NCBI GenBank assembly: GCA_937944295.1
Contig: CALDZL010000142.1
Span: 187 to 64,186, forward strand
DNA from: an uncultured Sphingorhabdus sp.
GTDB lineage: Bacteria; Pseudomonadota; Alphaproteobacteria; Sphingomonadales; Sphingomonadaceae
DNA: 64,000 nt
Direction of reading: 5' to 3'
In this document: positions 59,969 through 64,000 of the stretch, one piece after another
Position numbering within the stretch: the first letter of the stretch is position 1
How the letters are laid out: each line of letters begins with the position of its first letter
Notes under the pieces: model-generated
Databases searched by the model: none
What the model saw: the letters and a program-made list of their open reading frames with translations, nothing else
Told to the model about the DNA's origin: nothing
Program-made: the position numbers and the translations under genes

Positions 59969-61375
59969 TCACATATGGATCGGTTTGCCCATAACAGCCA
60001 TTGCCGCCTCTTTTATGGCTTCGCTATGGGTTGGATGTGCATGACAAGTATAGGCAATATCCTCGGAAGTTGTGCCAAATTCCATCGCTTGTGCGATTTG
60101 CGCAATCATAGTGCCAGCGAGCGATGATATGATATGCGCACCAAGCACACGGTCGCTTTTTGCATCGGCCAATATCTTTACAAATCCGTCGGTATCACGA
60201 TTGGTCTTGGCACGGCTATTGGCCAAAAACGGGAAATTACCCACTTTATATTCAATGCCTGCTTCTTTCAGCTCTTCCTCGGTTTTTCCCACAGATGCAA
60301 TTTCAGGGTGCGTATAGACAACGCCTGGAATAAGATCATGATTCACAATACCCGTAAGTCCTGCAATATTTTCTGCCACAGCAACACCTTCATCTTCGGC
60401 GCGGTGCGCGAGCATAAGACCAGGAGCAACATCGCCAATGGCCCAGATGCTGGGCACGGATGTTTGCATACGGTGGTCCATTTCCACTTGGCCACGATCA
60501 TTGGTTTTAAGGCCAGCGGCTTCTAGGTTTAGCCCCTGTGTATTGGGTCGTCGTCCGATACAAACCAGCACGGCATCGGCTTCGATTACTTCGCTATCAC
60601 CGCCTTTTGCAGGCTCAACCTTTACATGCGCCTTTTTGCCTTTAGCATGTACGCCTGTGACTTTGGTAGACATTTTCATTGCAAAGCCTTGCTTTTTGAA
60701 AATTTTGGCCGCTTCTTTGCGCACGCCGCCGTCCATACCAGGTAGAATTTGATCGAGATATTCAACCACCGTCACATTGGCACCCAGACGCCCCCAAACG
60801 CTGCCAAGTTCTAGGCCAATAACGCCGCCGCCAATAACAACCAAATGATTCGGTACTTTGGGCAGGTTAAGTGCGCCTGTGCTATCGACCACTATGCCGC
60901 CATCATTGTCGACGTCAACGCCAGGAAGCGGCGCAACATTCGACCCTGTGGCAATGACAATATCTTTTGCGGTTACATTTTTACCATCAACTTCAAGGCT
61001 ATTCGGTCCCGTAAAAGCGGCATGGCCTTTTAACCATGTGATTTTATTTTTCTTGAACAAAAATTCAATCCCGCCCGTTAATTCACCAACGGCTTTATGT
61101 TTTTCTGCATGCATAGCATCCAAATCAAGTTCAGCACCTTTAACCTTTACACCGAATTTTTCCATCGCTCCCGATGAAGCTTCATGGAATAATTCTGATG
61201 CATGCAATAAGGCCTTTGATGGAATACAGCCAACATTCAGACACGTGCCGCCCAATGTTTCGCGGCTTTCCACGCAAGCAGTTTTAAGCCCCAATTGCGC
61301 AGCCCGTATGGCGGCAACATATCCGCCTGGTCCTGCACCAATTACCACTACATCATAATCAAATTTATCAGCCAT
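59969..61375 (-). CDS. lpdA: Dihydrolipoyl dehydrogenase (E3)
   Basis: GAGPGGY, GGTCLNVGCIPSK, GGGVIGLE, HAHPTHSE. Confidence 0.97.
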   Translation of the reverse strand: MADKFDYDVVVIGAGPGGYVAAIRAAQLGLKTACVESRETLGGTCLNVGCIPSKALLHASELFHEASSGAMEKFGVKVKGAELDLDAMHAEKHKAVGELTGGIEFLFKKNKITWLKGHAAFTGPNSLEVDGKNVTAKDIVIATGSNVAPLPGVDVDNDGGIVVDSTGALNLPKVPNHLVVIGGGVIGLELGSVWGRLGANVTVVEYLDQILPGMDGGVRKEAAKIFKKQGFAMKMSTKVTGVHAKGKKAHVKVEPAKGGDSEVIEADAVLVCIGRRPNTQGLNLEAAGLKTNDRGQVEMDHRMQTSVPSIWAIGDVAPGLMLAHRAEDEGVAVAENIAGLTGIVNHDLIPGVVYTHPEIASVGKTEEELKEAGIEYKVGNFPFLANSRAKTNRDTDGFVKILADAKSDRVLGAHIISSLAGTMIAQIAQAMEFGTTSEDIAYTCHAHPTHSEAIKEAAMAVMGKPIHM

Positions 61376-61416
61376 TATTCATTCCATTCTAATTGCCATC
61401 AAAAGGCATATAATAT

Positions 61417-62664
61417 TTACAGATCAATCAAAAGACGTGTGGGGTCTTCGATGGCTTCTTTCACAATTTTGAGGAAGGTAACAGCCTCTCGCCCATCGAT
61501 TAAGCGATGATCATAGCTGAGCGCGATATACATCATAGGACGAGCGGCGATGCTACCATCATCCAATACAATTGGGCGTTGTTCAATACGGTGCAAACCT
61601 AAAACAGCGCTTTGCGGTGGATTGATAATAGGCGTTGACATAAGGCTGCCAAAGACACCGCCATTGGATATGGTGAAGGTACCGCCCTTCATTTCATCCA
61701 TAGTAAGCTCACCTGTTTTTGCACGCTTACCAAAATCACCAATACTCGATTCAATTTCAGCAAAGCTCATAGAATCGGCATTACGGACCACGGGTACAAC
61801 CAAACCATTGGGCGCGCTCACAGCAACGCTAATATCCATATAGTTGAAATAGACAATTTCATCGCCGTCAATTTGTGCATTAACCGATGGAACACTTTTT
61901 GCGGCCAAGGCTGCTGCTTTGGCAAAGAAACCCATAAAGCCCAATCTTACGCCATGTTTTTTCTCGAACAATTCTTTATATTTGCTGCGCGTTTCCATAA
62001 CTGCGCTCATATCCACATCGTTAAATGTAGTCAGCAAAGCCGCTTCTTCTTGCGCACCTTTCAGGCGTTTTGCGATAGTTTGACGCAGGCGTGTCATGCG
62101 CTGGCGTTCTTCACCGCGCTGGGCTAGAACTGGTGTATGCCCACTCGGCGAAGCCTTATGCAATGTGCTATCAGCTTCACTGGATGGATTGCTGCCTTGT
62201 GTTTCGACAGCTGCCAATATATCTTCTTTGGTGAGGCGGCCATCTTTACCTGTACCAGAGACTTTAGTGGGATCAATACCATGCTCTAGCACCAAACGGC
62301 GCACAGAAGGTGACATAGTTGGCATTTCACCGTTCAGTGCTGGCGGGTTTGCAGATGCCTGTTCTTTCTGCGTCTCTTCTTTTTGTGCTGGCTTTTCGCT
62401 TGTTTTGGCGGGTGAGGCGCTCGCTTCACCATCTTCGATCATGGCGATAATTGCACCAACTTCGACCGTATCGCCAAGCTGAGAGATATAATCGCCCATC
62501 ACACCAGCGCTTGGTGCGGGCACTTCGATGGTGACTTTATCGGTTTCCAAACTCGCAATGGGGTCATCTATTTCAACGGCTTCACCTGGATTTTTTAGCC
62601 ACTCGCCTATGGTTGCTTCGGTGATAGATTCGCCCAGTACAGGGACTTTAACTTCGCTTGCCAT
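61417..62664 (-). CDS. sucB: 2-oxoglutarate dehydrogenase E2 (dihydrolipoyl succinyltransferase)
   Basis: Lipoyl ETDKV, E3-binding [21 protein letters not shown]. Confidence 0.97.
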   Translation of the reverse strand: MASEVKVPVLGESITEATIGEWLKNPGEAVEIDDPIASLETDKVTIEVPAPSAGVMGDYISQLGDTVEVGAIIAMIEDGEASASPAKTSEKPAQKEETQKEQASANPPALNGEMPTMSPSVRRLVLEHGIDPTKVSGTGKDGRLTKEDILAAVETQGSNPSSEADSTLHKASPSGHTPVLAQRGEERQRMTRLRQTIAKRLKGAQEEAALLTTFNDVDMSAVMETRSKYKELFEKKHGVRLGFMGFFAKAAALAAKSVPSVNAQIDGDEIVYFNYMDISVAVSAPNGLVVPVVRNADSMSFAEIESSIGDFGKRAKTGELTMDEMKGGTFTISNGGVFGSLMSTPIINPPQSAVLGLHRIEQRPIVLDDGSIAARPMMYIALSYDHRLIDGREAVTFLKIVKEAIEDPTRLLIDL

Positions 62665-62694
62665 AATATTTAGGTCCTCAATCTGAAAGGAAAA

Positions 62695-64000
62695 TTATTT
62701 ATGTCCTAATGCTTGTGCGACTAGGGCATCTTGTTGTTCTTTATGTACGGGCGCAAACCCCGTTGCGGTCGATGCAGAGGCATCGCGCCCTGCATATGTT
62801 GGGCGCTTTGGTTTAACGCCAGCATCAATGAGACATTGCTCAATGATCGGATTTACAAAGAACCAGCTGCCATTATTTTGCGGCTCTTCTTGCGCCCAGA
62901 CTACCTCTTCTAAATTGGTCATTGCCTTGAGACGTTTGACCAGAGGTTCGCTTGGGAAAGGATAAAGCTGTTCGATACGCAAAATAGATGTATTTTTATC
63001 TTTGGCCGTATCGCGTGCTTCAATCAGATCAAATGCCACTTTACCCGAGCATAATACCAGATGTTTTATATCTTTATCAGCGGGCGGGTTGGTATCAGAC
63101 TTGATCCGCATGAAATGATTATCGCCTTGAAACTCACTGGCTTCAGAGACAGCCATTTTATGACGCAGCAATGATTTTGGTGCCATAATCACCATGGGTT
63201 TGCGGAAAGAACGCATCATTTGACGGCGCAACACATGGAAATAGTTGGCGGGTGTCGTAATGTTACAAACTTGAATATTATCCCCAGCGCATAATTGTAA
63301 GAAACGCTCTAAACGAGCGCTGCTATGTTCAGGCCCTTGCCCCTCATAGCCATGTGGCAGCAGCATAACCAAGCCATTAGCCCGCAGCCATTTAGCCTCG
63401 CCGCTGGCAATGAATTGGTCAATCATGATTTGTGCTCCATTCGCAAAATCGCCAAATTGCGCTTCCCATATCACTAGCGATTTGGGATCTGCCATAGCAT
63501 AGCCATATTCATAGCCCAGCACACCATATTCAGAGAGCGGGCTGTCTAAAACCTCAAAGCGGCCATGCGGCACAGTCGTTAATGGAATATGCTTGTCGCC
63601 TGTTTTTTGATCCACCCAAACAGCATGACGATGGCTAAATGTGCCGCGTCCGCTATCTTGTCCTGAAAGGCGAATATTATAACCTTCGCTAATAAGTGAG
63701 CCAAATGCCAGCGCCTCGCCTGTTGCCCAGTCAAAGCCTTTGCCTTCATCAAACATTTTTTGCTTGGCCGATAAAACACGGCCCAATGTTTTGTGAATAT
63801 TTACATGATTGGGTACGGTTGTTAGCGTACGCCCTAGGCTTTCAAACAATTTACTATCGATTGCCGTTTCAACGTTACGGCGTGCTGTTTCTGGGTCGGC
63901 TGGTGCGCTTAATCCGCTCCAACGCCCTTCAAACCAATCGGCTTTATCGGGGGTATAATTTTTACCCAGTTCAAACTCAGCTTCAAGAAAGTCATTATAC
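62695..64000 (-). CDS. sucA: 2-oxoglutarate dehydrogenase E1, 5'-truncated by window edge
   Basis: RLSGQD.GRGTFS, WEAQFGDFAN, LPHGYEGQGPEHSS, WAQEEP. Confidence 0.97.
   Translation of the reverse strand, partial: YNDFLEAEFELGKNYTPDKADWFEGRWSGLSAPADPETARRNVETAIDSKLFESLGRTLTTVPNHVNIHKTLGRVLSAKQKMFDEGKGFDWATGEALAFGSLISEGYNIRLSGQDSGRGTFSHRHAVWVDQKTGDKHIPLTTVPHGRFEVLDSPLSEYGVLGYEYGYAMADPKSLVIWEAQFGDFANGAQIMIDQFIASGEAKWLRANGLVMLLPHGYEGQGPEHSSARLERFLQLCAGDNIQVCNITTPANYFHVLRRQMMRSFRKPMVIMAPKSLLRHKMAVSEASEFQGDNHFMRIKSDTNPPADKDIKHLVLCSGKVAFDLIEARDTAKDKNTSILRIEQLYPFPSEPLVKRLKAMTNLEEVVWAQEEPQNNGSWFFVNPIIEQCLIDAGVKPKRPTYAGRDASASTATGFAPVHKEQQDALVAQALGHK

Noticed and set aside
1-64000. CRISPR arrays, tRNA/rRNA/tmRNA, IS elements, prophage or known defence systems
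   Set aside because: All intergenic gaps are under 500 bp and the larger ones were read; no spaced repeats, cloverleafs, transposase, integrase or phage genes seen

Overview
Gene-dense, fairly AT-rich alphaproteobacterial chromosome segment. Gene order and protein sequences point to Sphingomonadales (Sphingorhabdus/Parasphingorhabdus-like; an inference, not a database result). It holds about 62 intact or edge-truncated CDS. Main blocks: an acyl-CoA/aromatic catabolic cluster (1-9.5 kb); ankyrin/SCO-YcgN-M48; sseA-metC-mscS; a TorF-type porin; an oppBC-D/F transporter without an adjacent oppA; rsmB-rpe-heparinase-like-purH; rhlE; an accessory block (epimerase, MAPEG, YHS, AraC); a four-gene envelope-modification operon (FAD oxidoreductase, GtrA, LtaS/EptA-like, STT3/AglB-like); msrB; a CYP153 P450; ABC-2 genes; queG; gpsA-tsaD; hemC-hemD-Mic60-like; metXW; hisC-tyrC; ftsEX-ydcF-plsC; zitP; and sucA-sucB-lpdA. 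I saw no rRNA, tRNA, CRISPR array, transposase or phage genes. Best candidates for undescribed systems: (1) the 31.5-36.8 kb operon, built around an oligosaccharyltransferase-like protein that keeps the DD and DHH motifs but has PFNLG where WWDYG would be; (2) the AraC-YHS-MAPEG module with a visible repeated operator (TGGACGAT-N2-3-GCAA); (3) a structured, possibly switchable rhlE 5' leader. Two decayed genes (DUF2283-like and TRIC-like) and a palindromic REP-like element not shown in the ORF track were also found.
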